Shown: positions 25,859-38,383, counted from the whole stretch's first letter. The stretch: 63,992 nt of DNA, filler included, from Hyphochytrium catenoides (GCA_900088475.1; 16 parts of 16 records of this genome joined end to end with filler, not necessarily neighbours in it); one strand, 5' to 3'. Made by a program: numbers and translations. The notes: generated by a model not told the origin, from the letters alone.

Positions 25859-27038
25859 CTCCTTCCTCTCTCTCTCTCTCTCCCTCTCTCTCTCNNNNNN
25901 NNNNNNNNNNNNNNNNNNNNNNNNNNNNNNNNNNNNNNNNNNNNNNNNNNNNNNNNNNNNNNNNNNNNNNNNNNNNNNNNNNNNNNNNNNNNNNNNNNNN
26001 NNNNNNNNNNNNNNNNNNNNNNNNNNNTCTCTCTCTCTCTCTCTTTGCTGTAGCTTTCAAGAAGGGCCCATCAAGACACATCACGTTCCACTTCTTTTTG
26101 TCGTTTCGTTGTCCGTTGCCTGCCCACCCTTCGTCACCTTACGCGCTACTAGGATGCTGTGGAGAAGGGAAACAGTGTATCATCGAAGGTCGTCTCTGGT
26201 CTCCCTCCTCCTCGTCTCTGTCCCTTCCTCTTCCCGCCTCCTCCTCTTCTTTACCTTGTCGGTGCGTTGTCAGGATCGAGGAGGAGGACCAGCGAGGAAG
26301 AGCAGAGCAACCTACTAGAAGAAGAGAAAAAGAGAGAAGATGATGGGAGAGAATAGACCAACAAGAAAGAGAAAAAAAGAAGAAGCAGAGCAGGGAAGAG
26401 ATAATGATTGAGGAGTGGAAAGGAGAGAGAGCGACAGAAAAAGAGAGAGAGAGAGAGAGAGAGAGAGGAGAAACAGAGAGACAGACAAAGAGAGAGAGAG
26501 AGAGAGAGAGAGTCAGAGAGAGAGAAAGAGAAAGAGAGGGAAAGAATGGGTCCTTCATCGGGCAGAGAGACCTGCATCTAAGAGAGAGAGAGAGAAGTGA
26601 GCTTGATAAAAGCTGAGTTCCATTCTTATCCATCCTATCTACGGATGACTAGCGGCTCTATCTTCTTCATCGACGGCCTCCTCAGCGGGAGCAGAGCGAA
26701 GGAGGAGCAAGAAATAGAGTAAACAAAAGTAAGGCAGATCCTCTTCTCTGCCGCCCCAGCGCGTTCATCCATAGCCCTTCCTCTGCACCAGTGGCAGACT
26801 GTTCCTGTCGTCGGGCAGGAGCAGCAGTGAGAGGCGGGTAGCGCAGATTGTAAGTATTCTTTACCTTACAGAACCATCGTCTCGGTCCATCAGCACGTCT
26901 CATCTATAACGTGAAGAAGTATTTGTCCAGTGGTCTCTTCTCTTCTGTCTATTTGGCACTTAGTTTTCTCTGTACGGATCGTCCACTCCTAGAAGGCTAG
27001 AGGAGAATCCACGCTGCTGACACGTCCTTCCTGACCCA

Positions 27039-29551
27039 ATGGCGGAAGATACCACCAGCAGCAGTAGCAGCAGCAGCGCCAGCGAGACTGACAGCAGCAG
27101 CAGACAGGCACTTGAGCAGTTCTGCTTCGTCTGGTTCATCTGCACTCTTATTGCCAGTGTCGCTGTGTCCACGCTCTTCTATCTTCGACGACACATCTAT
27201 CCGATATGCGCAGTGCCCGTCATCTGGCCCATTCTCACCCACCTGAGCATCCCTCTCGCTGTCTATTCGTATCTCTTTATGCTGCTCCAGAGACCTCTGG
27301 GGACCGGCTGCTATGGCTTTAACGCTTACATCTTGCCGGTGATGCAATATGTTCCCACTCTTCCTCCCTTTGAAGCCCAGCTGGTGCACCTCTGGTACAC
27401 CTACCAGACCCAGACCGCTCAGCTACTGGCGCCGTCTCTCAACTCTTCGGGTAGACGAGGATCAGTGACAGGGTCCGAGGAAGAAGGGCAACGTGGACTG
27501 CAGCAGAAGAAGGAGAAGAAGAGGCGTCCAGCCTGGTTCTACTATGCCAGCGTCTGCGCGTTCACCTGTCTGATTGTGAGTCAGACGCTCATCACGACGA
27601 TTATCGACCATGTCGCTGACAATTACGATGAGCGGACGTGTGAAGGCAACACTCCTGTCGCAGTGAGTCTTCCACCAGACCTCGCCTCCTCTGTTTTCTT
27701 CGTTCTTCTCTCTTTCGTTTGCTCTGTTCTTCTCTCCCTTCTTGGTCATACTTTGAGGTGCTGGTGTTTATAACGTCGATGCCTTTCTTTCCTCGTGGTC
27801 TCTTTCGTATGGAACCTGTTCTGTCTGACCTCTTTAGCAGACTCTAGATCTATCTTTTACCGGCTTTCCACCTAGCGGCCATAGGTCCGCTGTCATTCAG
27901 CTATTATGTTGCCGAGCCTCCTCGTTTGCAAGTGCTGCGATCCGCGGTACCCTATAGTCCTTGATCTACTTTCTCCCCGCTAGGTCGTTCCTGGCCTTAC
28001 CTTATTCAGGCTACTGACCCTGTCTCTTCTCTCTCTTGCCTGTCTGTATGTCTCTTTCTCTCTCTCTGTCTCCTTCTTTGGCGCGTCTCTCTCTCTCAGA
28101 AATATAGCCAGCTGGCTTCTGCTTCCTTTGTCATTACGCTTAGCCTCACCTTGGCCTACCAGCTTAGGGACGTGGAAGAAGAGTTCAATCTGAAGAAGCA
28201 GCTGAAGATCCTAACCTTGCTTGCCCTGACTCTAGCTGTTCCGCTGCGTGCCGTCAACCTCTTCATCGTCAATGCTCTCACTCTGGACCTAGAGAGGATC
28301 ATCCTAGCCGCCGTATACACTGGGTACACCGTCATCTGTGGCTTCTATCCTCTCTATCTCAGTTATAAGGAAGAGAAGCGACGCCGCGCTCTCCTCCAGA
28401 GACACTCGTCATCGAAGACAAGCTTCCTCGGAGTGCGGAGCGTTCATCAGCTTCGTGTGGTGATCGGAGACGTGAAGAATGAGCCTATCATCGGGCGGTT
28501 TAGGGATTATCTCGTGAAGGAGTTCTGCTGTGGGTTGCCCATCTTATCTTGAGCTTATTGACATGTTGAACCTCTACTTTTCCATCTTATCTTCCCTCTC
28601 TCTGTCCCCATCTGCTTGTCTCTCTTCTCTTTTTGGTATGCTCTCTCTCTCTCTCGCCGCTCTCTCCTATCTTCCTTTCTCCTCTCTGTCCCGCTTTATC
28701 TCTTCTTCTCTCGTTATAATGGTCTCTCCCTCTATCTCTATCTCTCTTCCCCCTGCATATCTTCCCTTCTCTCTGTCCGCTCACTCTCTTCTCTCGTTGT
28801 AATGCTCTCTCTCTTCCTCTCTCTCTCCCGTGTTCTCCTCTTCCTTCGCTTTACTTTCACCTTCGTCATTCTTACTCTTCGTATCCGGCCACGTCGCGCC
28901 GGACACCTTGTCACATCGCTGTTTCCCCCCGTTTGTATGACATTTTATCATCAGCAAATCGTCCTCTGATATCCTAACGCTTCTCTCACCATCGATTGCA
29001 TCATCTTCTCTTTTTCATCTCCATCTCTTCCTCTCTTCTCTTTCTATGTGCCTCTTTTTTTCTATGTAGGCGAGAACCTGCTGTTCGTCCTTTCTGTACT
29101 GAAGTTCCGCCAGATGGCTCCCGGCGCTGAGATGCTGAAGATGGCAAAGTCTATTGGCAGCGTCTATCTGATGCCAGAGGCGACTATGGAAATCAACATT
29201 AGCTCCTCCTTGAAGAGCAACATTCAGCGCATCATTAGAGAGCTCAAAGAAGAGACTGTGGGGAGAGACATCTACGAGAAGGTGGAGCAAGAAGTCTATC
29301 AGATGCTAGTCGATCCTTTCAACCGCTTTCTCACGCGAGCCAAGGTCCGGGCTGACGAAGTTGTTATTATAGAAGAAGGAGAGGAAGGGGTCGCCTCAGG
29401 TCCTGATGGAGGAAAAGTAGAGAAGAGTAGCGGCCCAACGTCTTCTGTTGGCTTGGGAGTCATCGGTCGGTTGGGGTCACAGGGAAAAGTTGCGTTGAAG
29501 GGGAAGACAAATAAGCAACCCGCTGTGGCGCCAATGACACAGATAGGGTGA
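27039..29551 (+). CDS. 7TM-RGS protein, copy A (exons 27039-27662, 28100-28529, 29070-29551; ~511 aa)
   Basis: Seven hydrophobic segments followed by an RGS box (FRDYLVKEFC|CENLLFVLSVLKFR…YLMPEATMEINIS…IYEKVEQEVYQMLVDPFNRF). The GT-AG introns keep the frame. Confidence 0.9.
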
Positions 29552-29648
29552 GGGCTTTCACCACAGGGAAAAGTTGCGTTGAAGGGGAAGACCAATAAGC
29601 AAACCGCCGCTGTGGCGCCAATGACACAGATAGGGTGAGGGCTTTCAC
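29478..29648 (+). repeat. ~85-bp tandem duplication spanning the stop codon of RGS copy A
   Basis: cacagggaaaagttgcg…gggctttcac occurs at 29478 and 29562; the second copy is 3 nt longer. Confidence 0.92.
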
Positions 29649-30713
29649 CACTCGTAGCGGTTCAAGAGTAGAGCCGGCTCCTCTCGTACAGCGGTAGGAG
29701 TTCCTGCTAGCTCCTAGCTGGTGGAGGCCGGCGATGAGACCAGAAAGACATAGACTAGGGCTGATAACATAAGAGCACGACCTTCAGACAGACTTTGCTC
29801 TCACGTGACAAACAGAAGACAGGCTTTGGACTGAGATAGTGTGCTCCGCTTCTTGTCTATATTTTGCCGCTGCCCGTCCTTCTGCTCCTCGGTAGGGGGG
29901 AAAGAAGGCGAATAGATTTTGTCTCTTTCTCTTCGTTGTTTCCGCTATCAGCCTATATCTGTCTGTCTTCTACCGTTATCCTTATCTCTCCTCTCCTCTG
30001 TCTCTTTATCCTTCCTCTGCCCCGCTCCTCTCTTCTTCTTCTCTCCTTCTGAACGCGCCCTTAATCCTCTCATGAGTTGTGAGAATCGGGAGCTCGCGCA
30101 GCAGCAGGAACAGGGGAATTAGCAAGCTGACTTATGACTGTTAGCGATGAGCATCATCTACATTGTCTACGAGTGGGCGGTCCTGCAGCTTTCCAGCTTC
30201 TCTTTTCGTCTCTCTTGGGACCTCATCGCTGCGTCCGATGTCCCCAATGCCTGTTGTCCTTGTCTCTTTCCCACTGTCTGAAAGAGGTCCCAGCCATCTC
30301 CCCTAACATCATACTTTCTTGCTCTTCCAGGTCATCGTCCGCTCCACTTCCTTCATCGTAGGCTGCAGGCCATACGGACTCATATACTCCTTCACAACGA
30401 GTTCCAGCCATCGGTATAGAAGATCTTGTGTCAAATGCGGGACAATAAGGATCCCCTTGGTTCACAGTTTGTAGAGTGAAGCCAGGGACAGCAGCTTCCC
30501 TGCTGAAACTAGTTCTGCAACTCGTTATCCTTCCGGATTGAATAGTCAAGCTCCGCCCATATCTGCCTGACAGGGAAAGGCGGATGGACTCTACGCTTAT
30601 GAGGACACACCTGACGCACTTTTTAAGCAAAGTGTTCTTCGGTGGTGGCGAAAGACCTTCTCGTTCCCTCTGGCTCCTCCTCGGCCTGCATAACCCAAGG
30701 ATTTCTCAAGTCG

Positions 30714-33260
30714 TCAGAAGCCTTCCATCTCCTGCTCAGAAAAATGCCAGTCTTCAGTGTCTTCCTGGTACGCAGAGGGCCAGAAGTTGCCAGAGGGTTT
30801 CTCTAACTCATCAGCAATGTGCTGCAGCCCCAAGTCTCCTAGTTCTTCGGAGACTAAGCTGTGCTGCTGCGTGATTTGCTGGTACCGTTCCGGGATGAAG
30901 TCGACGATGTGACGTGGCTCCTGGAGACCTTCATCCACACTCTTCATATCTTCTATTGAGACCTCCATCCTCCCAGCAGAGGCCATCGCCCTCCTCCGAG
31001 CCGCTAGACGTGGCACAGCATGCGAATAGAAGCACAGGTTTTCCCACCACTGTTCGCGAAGGTAGTCCGCCATATGTGGCGCGTAAAAGGGGTTCGGGGC
31101 TAACAATGGCGAGTCATGCTCTGTCGCCCTCGTCTCTGGTGTCCATGTATGGACAGTCCTCTCTAGGCCCAGCCGGGGCGCTGAGATACGGACGTAAACG
31201 GCCCTCGAGGAGCATGACAGCCGAAACAGCTTGAAGACCAGACATTCATATCCGCGGTAAGTAAGCCTGGTCTCGCCAACCACTTCCATGTCATCACAGT
31301 TGTCTGAGAAAAATGAGCGGTCAATCTTTCTGCGAGATGCGTCTGAGGCACGCACGAAGCGAGCCGTCCTCAGCAGATCTTCCAGATCCCGGTGGAACGC
31401 GTCGTCATCGTCAGAGTCAGCGTCGTCGGTTCTTAGTGCTTCCCCTTCATAATTAATCCACGCCTCTGTAGCGCCATCTCCCTCCTCCAGACCATCAGAC
31501 GGGATCGTCAAAGTGCTGTCTTTGTCCACCCTCAAGGCCGGACGCCGCATGAGGAAGTCATAGAGCAGTTGGTGTGAAGTAGCCAAAGAGATGTTTGGGG
31601 ATCGCCTGTACACGTCCAGCACCAACCTCGACGCAAGCCGACATAGATCGCTCCTATGGACCCATTTCGCGATAGTCTTGCGAGTGATACTCTCTTGACA
31701 CCAGTCGCTTATTGCTATTTTCATGTCCATTGTGCACCAGACCACGATGCAGAGTTCATCGGCAGCACTAGAGAATACCACGCGCCTATACTTCTCCAAC
31801 GTCATTCCACAGTTCAAGGATGATATCAACCCACGAGCGACAGCTGCAGAACACTCTGTCTTTATATACCTGAAGAGGTCTTTCCGCTTTGGAAAGAGTA
31901 TCGTCATGTCGTCTGCAACATTTTGGAAGAAGGTGGAGACAGTCTTCGCGTCCAATCGTGCAGTCCAGACGTCTGCTATGGAACAGACGGAACCTGGATC
32001 TCCGCCTCCCCTCTGTCTTATCCCTGGCACAGCCAATATCCCCTGATAGATCGGCATGGTCTTAGCTTTTCGCCCACAATGCAGCCACATGGCGCATTCG
32101 GCTGTATCAGAGCGTCTAATCTCTGCCACCGTACCCTCCATAGCATAGAAACATAAGCCTACGTCAGGCTCTACCAGCTCCGCCATCAGTGCTAACCCTG
32201 TTAGCCGCCAGGCGAAGAGAGTGAGATGAGGGAGCGATTGAAACAGGCGAACAAAGGAGAAGATCTCTTCATGCTCTTCGAAAGTTGCTCTACGGCATCG
32301 TCCTCCTCGTTCCAGCTCTTTGACATTGTACGCAGTCTCCTCAAAATTGACCTCCCTACATGCACTATCCAAAGCTGGGACGAGAGCAAGAGGAGATCCA
32401 GTGCTGCGTAAGAGGAGAGTAGACTTTATCGTTCGAGCGGCAGAAGCCGAAGGTTGGCCCGTGATATTTCTGGCAGCAAGGCGCTCTGGATCAGCCATAC
32501 TTCTGTGCCGCTTCCTAGCGGTTGATGGCTTGGTTGTGACTTTGAGGACATCTAGGAAGTCGGCTCTGTCGATGCCTCTCACATCCCCAAACATTTTGCT
32601 AGCCAGATGCAGACAAGGTCTCTTATCCGCGAACTTGGCCAGTATTCTAACTGTTGAAGAGGATTCATTCACAAGGTCACCCATGGGAATCTTGATGATC
32701 AAGAGAGACCGCTTCTGCCCATTGCAGGGGTCAAGATCACTGTTCCTACATCCAGAGCAATAAACCGTGACTTTGAGACACGTCATCAGATTTTCTCTCT
32801 TCTGCGTCCGGTTCACATATTCCTTCGGTAGATAGTCCCGAAGTATGGCTGAGAGCTGCGGGTCATGACCGCGCTTCACCCAGAGGTAAGGCGGTTGTGC
32901 CCTCTTCTTTTGCACCGAAATGGTGCCAGGAACCGCCCTGGAAGGAGTCCAAGGTGCCGCCCGTCGACAATACGCTGAGAGGAAATCCTTCCTGCTATAG
33001 TGGATGGTAAAGTCTCTCTTTTCATTGGAGAAGAGAAGGAGGCACTCTCCATCGCTTCTCCGTACCTGCACAGTCCTTGGAGGGGCATACTGATGGATCG
33101 CCTCACGCTGCATAAGGTTGCTATCGTCAGCATCTGCTTCGAGGTCAGATGTGGCTGGTCCAACGCCTGGGTCTTGTCCCGACCTGCGGGTCTCGTTGTC
33201 CTTGACGGTCATGACTTTACATTCAACTGAAAGATCTGTCGTCTCTAAGGAGATATCCAT
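30714..33260 (-). CDS. Intact intronless ~850-aa Mutator/NOF-FB-type transposase-like protein with substituted catalytic motifs
   Basis: Motif order: VRGIDR, NITGQPSASAARTIKS, CFYAMEGTV (cf. DATG), IKTECSAAVARGLISSLN (cf. D-x-S-xALxxA), VWCTMD (cf. C/DxxH), NPFYAP…LCFYS, SAGRMEV (cf. SA-x-VES). Recognised from memory of the family; start codon uncertain. Confidence 0.65.
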   Translation of the reverse strand: MDISLETTDLSVECKVMTVKDNETRRSGQDPGVGPATSDLEADADDSNLMQREAIHQYAPPRTVQVRRSDGECLLLFSNEKRDFTIHYSRKDFLSAYCRRAAPWTPSRAVPGTISVQKKRAQPPYLWVKRGHDPQLSAILRDYLPKEYVNRTQKRENLMTCLKVTVYCSGCRNSDLDPCNGQKRSLLIIKIPMGDLVNESSSTVRILAKFADKRPCLHLASKMFGDVRGIDRADFLDVLKVTTKPSTARKRHRSMADPERLAARNITGQPSASAARTIKSTLLLRSTGSPLALVPALDSACREVNFEETAYNVKELERGGRCRRATFEEHEEIFSFVRLFQSLPHLTLFAWRLTGLALMAELVEPDVGLCFYAMEGTVAEIRRSDTAECAMWLHCGRKAKTMPIYQGILAVPGIRQRGGGDPGSVCSIADVWTARLDAKTVSTFFQNVADDMTILFPKRKDLFRYIKTECSAAVARGLISSLNCGMTLEKYRRVVFSSAADELCIVVWCTMDMKIAISDWCQESITRKTIAKWVHRSDLCRLASRLVLDVYRRSPNISLATSHQLLYDFLMRRPALRVDKDSTLTIPSDGLEEGDGATEAWINYEGEALRTDDADSDDDDAFHRDLEDLLRTARFVRASDASRRKIDRSFFSDNCDDMEVVGETRLTYRGYECLVFKLFRLSCSSRAVYVRISAPRLGLERTVHTWTPETRATEHDSPLLAPNPFYAPHMADYLREQWWENLCFYSHAVPRLAARRRAMASAGRMEVSIEDMKSVDEGLQEPRHIVDFIPERYQQITQQHSLVSEELGDLGLQHIADELEKPSGNFWPSAYQEDTEDWHFSEQEMEGF

Positions 33261-36252
33261 CGTCAACGTAAGCAAGGAGAAGGGGAAGGGACAGAGGAAG
33301 AAGACAAAGAGGCCGGGAAAGCAGCCAAGGAGAGTGAGAAACAGCGAGAAATGAGTCTACCGAAGAAGATAGGACGAACTTGGAGCTCGAATCATTGAGA
33401 GAGACCATTTGTGACTTTGGACAGCGCAGAGAGAGAGAAGACAAGAGCGTAAACACGAATCTCACCTTTATCTAACCCTGGACAAAGGTCTTCGAAGGAC
33501 ACGACCTTTGTTCTTCTATCATCGTAGGGACCTCGGCTCGACAATGGCCGTCGCTATTGAAGGTCAGATTGCCAGGCAGTGGCAGGTGATGATGTCCCGG
33601 CAGCCTGATGATGATTAAGAAGAACCCAAAGAAGACAGACACAGAGAGAGACCGAGAGTCCTGTTCACCAAGCGAGAGCCTCTTGGACAACGAGCGCCGC
33701 GGACCGCACCGCTATGGTTGGAAGAATCTCGGGAGTCGGCTTCGATGTCGTCTCCAGAGTCGTGAGGACAACGTCAGCACCCACGGTCGCAGTTCTTCCT
33801 TTTCGCCTGCCTTCTCTCTGCTCCGCCACTGCCATCAGGCGCTCCTGCAGCTTCTTCTTCTATTGCTCGCTGGCCCAGGCTCTGTCTGAGTCGCTGCTGC
33901 TGCTGCTTCTAGCGATGATGAAGAAATAGGAAAGGAAAGCGGCTTCAGAAGACAGAGAAAATTGGCGATGAAGACAGATCGACAGTATTGGACCTTCTTT
34001 GGTAGAAAGAGGGACCAAAAGGGATTTTAGAATACTGGGCCTACCATCACAAAATGTGTCACGCCTGCAAATGGAATGTTCTGCTCTGTTATTATCTATG
34101 GCGCAACCACCCAGCTCGCCCCACAACAATGTTTCAACTCATTTCGACAGGTCGCACTCCGTACACAACTCTGTCTAGGCAAATAAGACGTTAATGGCTG
34201 TATATTTGTATCTCTACCTGTCTCTGAGGTGGATGTCATGAATATATCTGCTAGTGCCAATCAGACCTACAGGCCGCCAGCCGCCACAGGTCTGTCGGAC
34301 CATGTGATCCAAAACTCTTTCCTCGATAATAATCTATGTGGAACCAATAATATTAATCTTCTTCTGCTGCTGCATGCAGGTCAGTATCTGCTGATAGAAG
34401 ATCCGCCAACGGTGGCAGCAGCACTGAACTATCACAATCTATAGACGCCGCTGCTGCTGCGCGCTCCTCGTCGGTGCTGCTCACTGCTGCGGTCGGTGAA
34501 GAATCCTCACTCGCCGAGGGCGGCGGCGGCGGTGAAGAAGAAGAAGAAGATATACAGAAGAGCTGCTGGCTGATGAAAAAGGAAGAAGAAGAGGTTGATG
34601 ATGATCATTGATGATGATGGTGGGGGCGGTGGTGGGGGAAGAGCTGGAAGAGACGGGAAAGAATGCTCCAGAAATTTGGAGGTAGAGGGTAGTAATGAAG
34701 AAGGCGGCAAGGATTATTATTGAGATGAATTGATAATCTATAGTAGCTCCTCCTCCTCCCTCCTCTGGCTCCTCCTCCTCCCTCCTCTGGCTCCTCCTCC
34801 CTCCTCCGCCTCCTCCACCATCCTCCTCCTCTGTCCTTTTCCTCAGCGACGTCATGATGTATGGTCCTCCTCCCTCCTCCTCGCTCATCGTGTTGTTATC
34901 GCCGGTGGCGTGGCAAGCCCTAAGAAGCCCGTCGACTGTAAATATTCGGAATAGTGAACCTGTAATGCCCACCTGTAGTGGTTCTTCGTTAACTATCAGG
35001 AATCTAGGGGTTGCTAGGACCCTTAGATCAGGAATGAGAGCCCTCTATGATAGAGTACACGGGGACCACCTACAGTACACCAAAGAAGGAGGAGGAGGAG
35101 GAGGGACGAAACAGTAGTCGCATCATCACCACCACAGCAGCAGCTCCGCTCCGAGGCAGCAGCAGTAGCAGCAGCGGCAGCAGGCCGCTCGACCGACCCG
35201 GGAGCAGCATCAACGACGCGTGGAGAGTAATAAAGCAGAAGAAGAAAGGGAGCAGCTGAGACAGTCTCGGGATTAGCCAAGACTGCGCCACGGATCGAAT
35301 CTGCAGACTACTTTCTGATGCCGCGATGAGCTCCAGATACCGGCCGACAGATACCGATAACGAATCCGCAAAGAGAACTAATCTGAGCTGGCAGCGCAAC
35401 AGTCAGAAGAGCCTCAGTGCAGCTTCTAGGCAGTAGTAGTAAGTCTAACTAGCGAGCGGCCTTCTAGCAGGAAGTAGTAGCGTGTCTAGCGTTACAACGG
35501 TAGAGCCATATCCCGACTCACTGTCACTGCTTTCGTGTTCCTACTTCCTACTGCTCCTATTCATCTATCCTGGCTTCTCTTCTCTGTCTTTCTCTCTGTG
35601 CTCCCTCTGATCCCCTCGTCTCTTGCTGCTCTTGCCTACATCCCTACATCTTCGCGTACACTACTCTACTGCTTAACACACATTATCCCCCTACTACTGT
35701 TCTTCACACCCGAAGATCTCTCCCCTCTGACCATGACTCCTCGATTCCCCTACTGGCCTCTCCAACTCCTTCCTTACCTTCTGCCATCTCCCAGTCCCTG
35801 GCATGTTCTGATCTTCTGATGACGCACTGTGAAGCTCCAGCCATCTCCAAGTACCGTGAGAGAATCCCAGAACCTTCTCATCTAAATCGCAAATGGGCCA
35901 GTCAGAAGCTTCACAAGCTCCCGCAGCTGCTTGAGCTCCAGACGTCCTGTTACAGATGGAGAGAAAGACAAGATTGGAAGAAAGACGGCAGCAACAGACA
36001 AGAGAAGAGTAAATGAGGAAAGAGGATAGGAATGTTCCCAGCATCGTGCCTTATCTCTTCTTCTTCTACGACGCCACTGACCGTTCCTGCAGGACGTTCG
36101 AGAAAACTAGCGACTATGGCTTATATTATGTTTATCCACCACCACCAGCTTCTTCGTCTTCCTCTGATCCCCGCCTAGCTGCCGCCACACGGCTATTAGC
36201 CCTCTATTCTACCGACAATCAACTAATTAAAACATCAGGTCAGTTGCTACTG

Positions 36253-38383
36253 CTAGTTGGTCGGGGTTCCTCCTACTCCAACGATCTGCTCCGCCGTCGC
36301 AAGCGGTGCCACAGCTGTTTTTTTGGGCTCCGTCTTCACCGAAACTTTTCTCTGTGACCCCGCGGCGCGTCCTCTAACTAAAGCCACCGGAAGAGACGCT
36401 GATAGTCTCTTCTTGTCATCGCCTCCTCCTTTAGAGGGCGAAGTCTCCTCGTCTTCTTCCTTGATAACCACTTCGTCAGCACGGACCTTGGCTCGCGCGA
36501 GAAAGCGGTTGAAGGGATCGACTAGCATCTGATAGACTTCTTGCTCCACCCGCTCATAGAGTTCCTTCTCCACAGTTTCTTCCTTTAGCTCTTTCACCTT
36601 GCGCTGTATATCGCTCTTCAAGGTGGAGCTAATGTTGATCTCCATAGTTGCCTCTGGCATCAGATAGACACTTCCAATAGCCTTCGCCATCTTCAGCATC
36701 TCAGCGCCAGGAGCCATCTGGCGGAACTTTAGAACTGAGAGGACGAACAGGAGGTTCTCGCCTACACAGATAAGAAAAGAAAGATGCAGCGGAGGAGAGA
36801 AGAGAGGGTGTCGTAAGCCGCGCACTGCAGGGAGGGATGAGAGAAGGAGGAAGGTGATAGCATGGTGGGTCCTAGAAGGGTTAAGATCCGCTCACTGTCT
36901 TTCTTAGAACACAGAGAGAACGGAGGACAAAGGCGTCAACAAGGCGAGACACGGGAAAAAAGGAATTTACGGAGGAGAAGAGTAACAGGGACAAGCTGAG
37001 GCACGCTTGGCCAGTTCCTCGGACAGCTTTAGCACTGAGACCAGGAACTCACAGCAGAACTCCTTCACGAGATAATCCTTAAACCTCCCGATGATAGGCT
37101 CATTCTTGACGTCCCCGATCACCACACGAAGCTGGTAAACGCTCCGCACTCCGAGGAAGGTTGTGTTGGTTGAGGCCCGCCTAAACAGAACAGCGCGGCG
37201 CCTTTTCTCTTCCTTATAACTGAGAGAGAGAGGATAGAAGCCACAGATGACGGTGTACCCAGTGTATACGGCGGCTAGGATGATCCTCTCTAGGTCCAGA
37301 ATGAGAGCATTGACGATGAAAAGGTTGACAGCACGCAGCGGGACAGCAAGAGTCAGGGCAAGCAAGGTTAGGATCTTTAGCTGCTTCTTCAGATTGAACT
37401 CTTCTTCCACGTCCCTAAGCTGGTAGGCCAAGGTGAGGCTGAGCGTGATGACAAAGGACGCAGAAGCCAGCTGGCTATATTTCTGCAAGAAGCACCATCA
37501 GGTTAGGAAGGGAGAGAAAGTCAGCAATATAGAAGGAGCAGCCTTAACAACTTATAAAGGGATCAACGTTGCAGCAGGTAACGAGCCTCGCTGCAGAAGA
37601 GTCGACTGTAGAATGTCAAGCTTGTATAGAGTCGATAACGATTGGCAAGCTGAGCTATTGACGGCGAACAGAAGGAAGAGCAGATTGCTGTAGAAGAATG
37701 GAGACTAGAAGAGAGAACGACTAACTCAAACGCCAACAGCAGCCGAAGCTGACAAAAGGAGAGAAGAGAAGAAGAAAGAAACAGAGTGATAGGGGAAGGG
37801 GTAATAAGGGGAGACTCACAGCGACAGGAGTGTTGCCTTCACACGTCCGCTCATCGTAATTGTCAGCGACATGGTCGACAACCGTCGTGATGAGCGTCTG
37901 ACTCACAATTAGACAGGTGAACGCGCAGACGCTGGCATAGTAGAACCACGCTGGACGCCTCTTCTTCTCTTCCGTCTTTTGTTTCTTCTTCCCGGCTATC
38001 GCAGTGACGGAAGAATCTTTCCTCGAGCTAAGAGACGGCGCCAGTAGCTGAGCGGTCTGGGTCTGGTAGGTATACCAGAGGTGCACCAGCTGGGCTTCAA
38101 AGGGAGGAAGAGCGGGAACATATTGCATCACCGGCAAGATGTAAGCGTTAAAGCCATAGCATCCGGTCCCCAGAGGTCTCTGGAGCAGCATGAAGAGATA
38201 GGAATAGACAGCGAGCGGGACGCTCAGATGGGTGAGAATGGGCCAGATGACGGGCACGGCGCGGATCGGATAGATGTGTCGTCGGAGATAGAAGAGCGTG
38301 GACACAGCGACACTGGCAATAATGGTGCAGATGAACCAGACAAAGCAGAACTGCTCAAGTGCCTGTCTGCTGCTATCAGTCAT
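36253..38383 (-). CDS. 7TM-RGS protein, copy B (exons 38383-37820, 37482-37053, 36761-36253; ~500 aa)
   Basis: Same intron positions and phases as copy A, and the same 430-nt exon 2; TM and RGS sequences are near-identical. Confidence 0.9.

Noticed and set aside
34229-36250. Additional genes between the transposase-like ORF and RGS-B
   Set aside because: Only short low-complexity ORFs with no recognisable domain or consistent splice chain.
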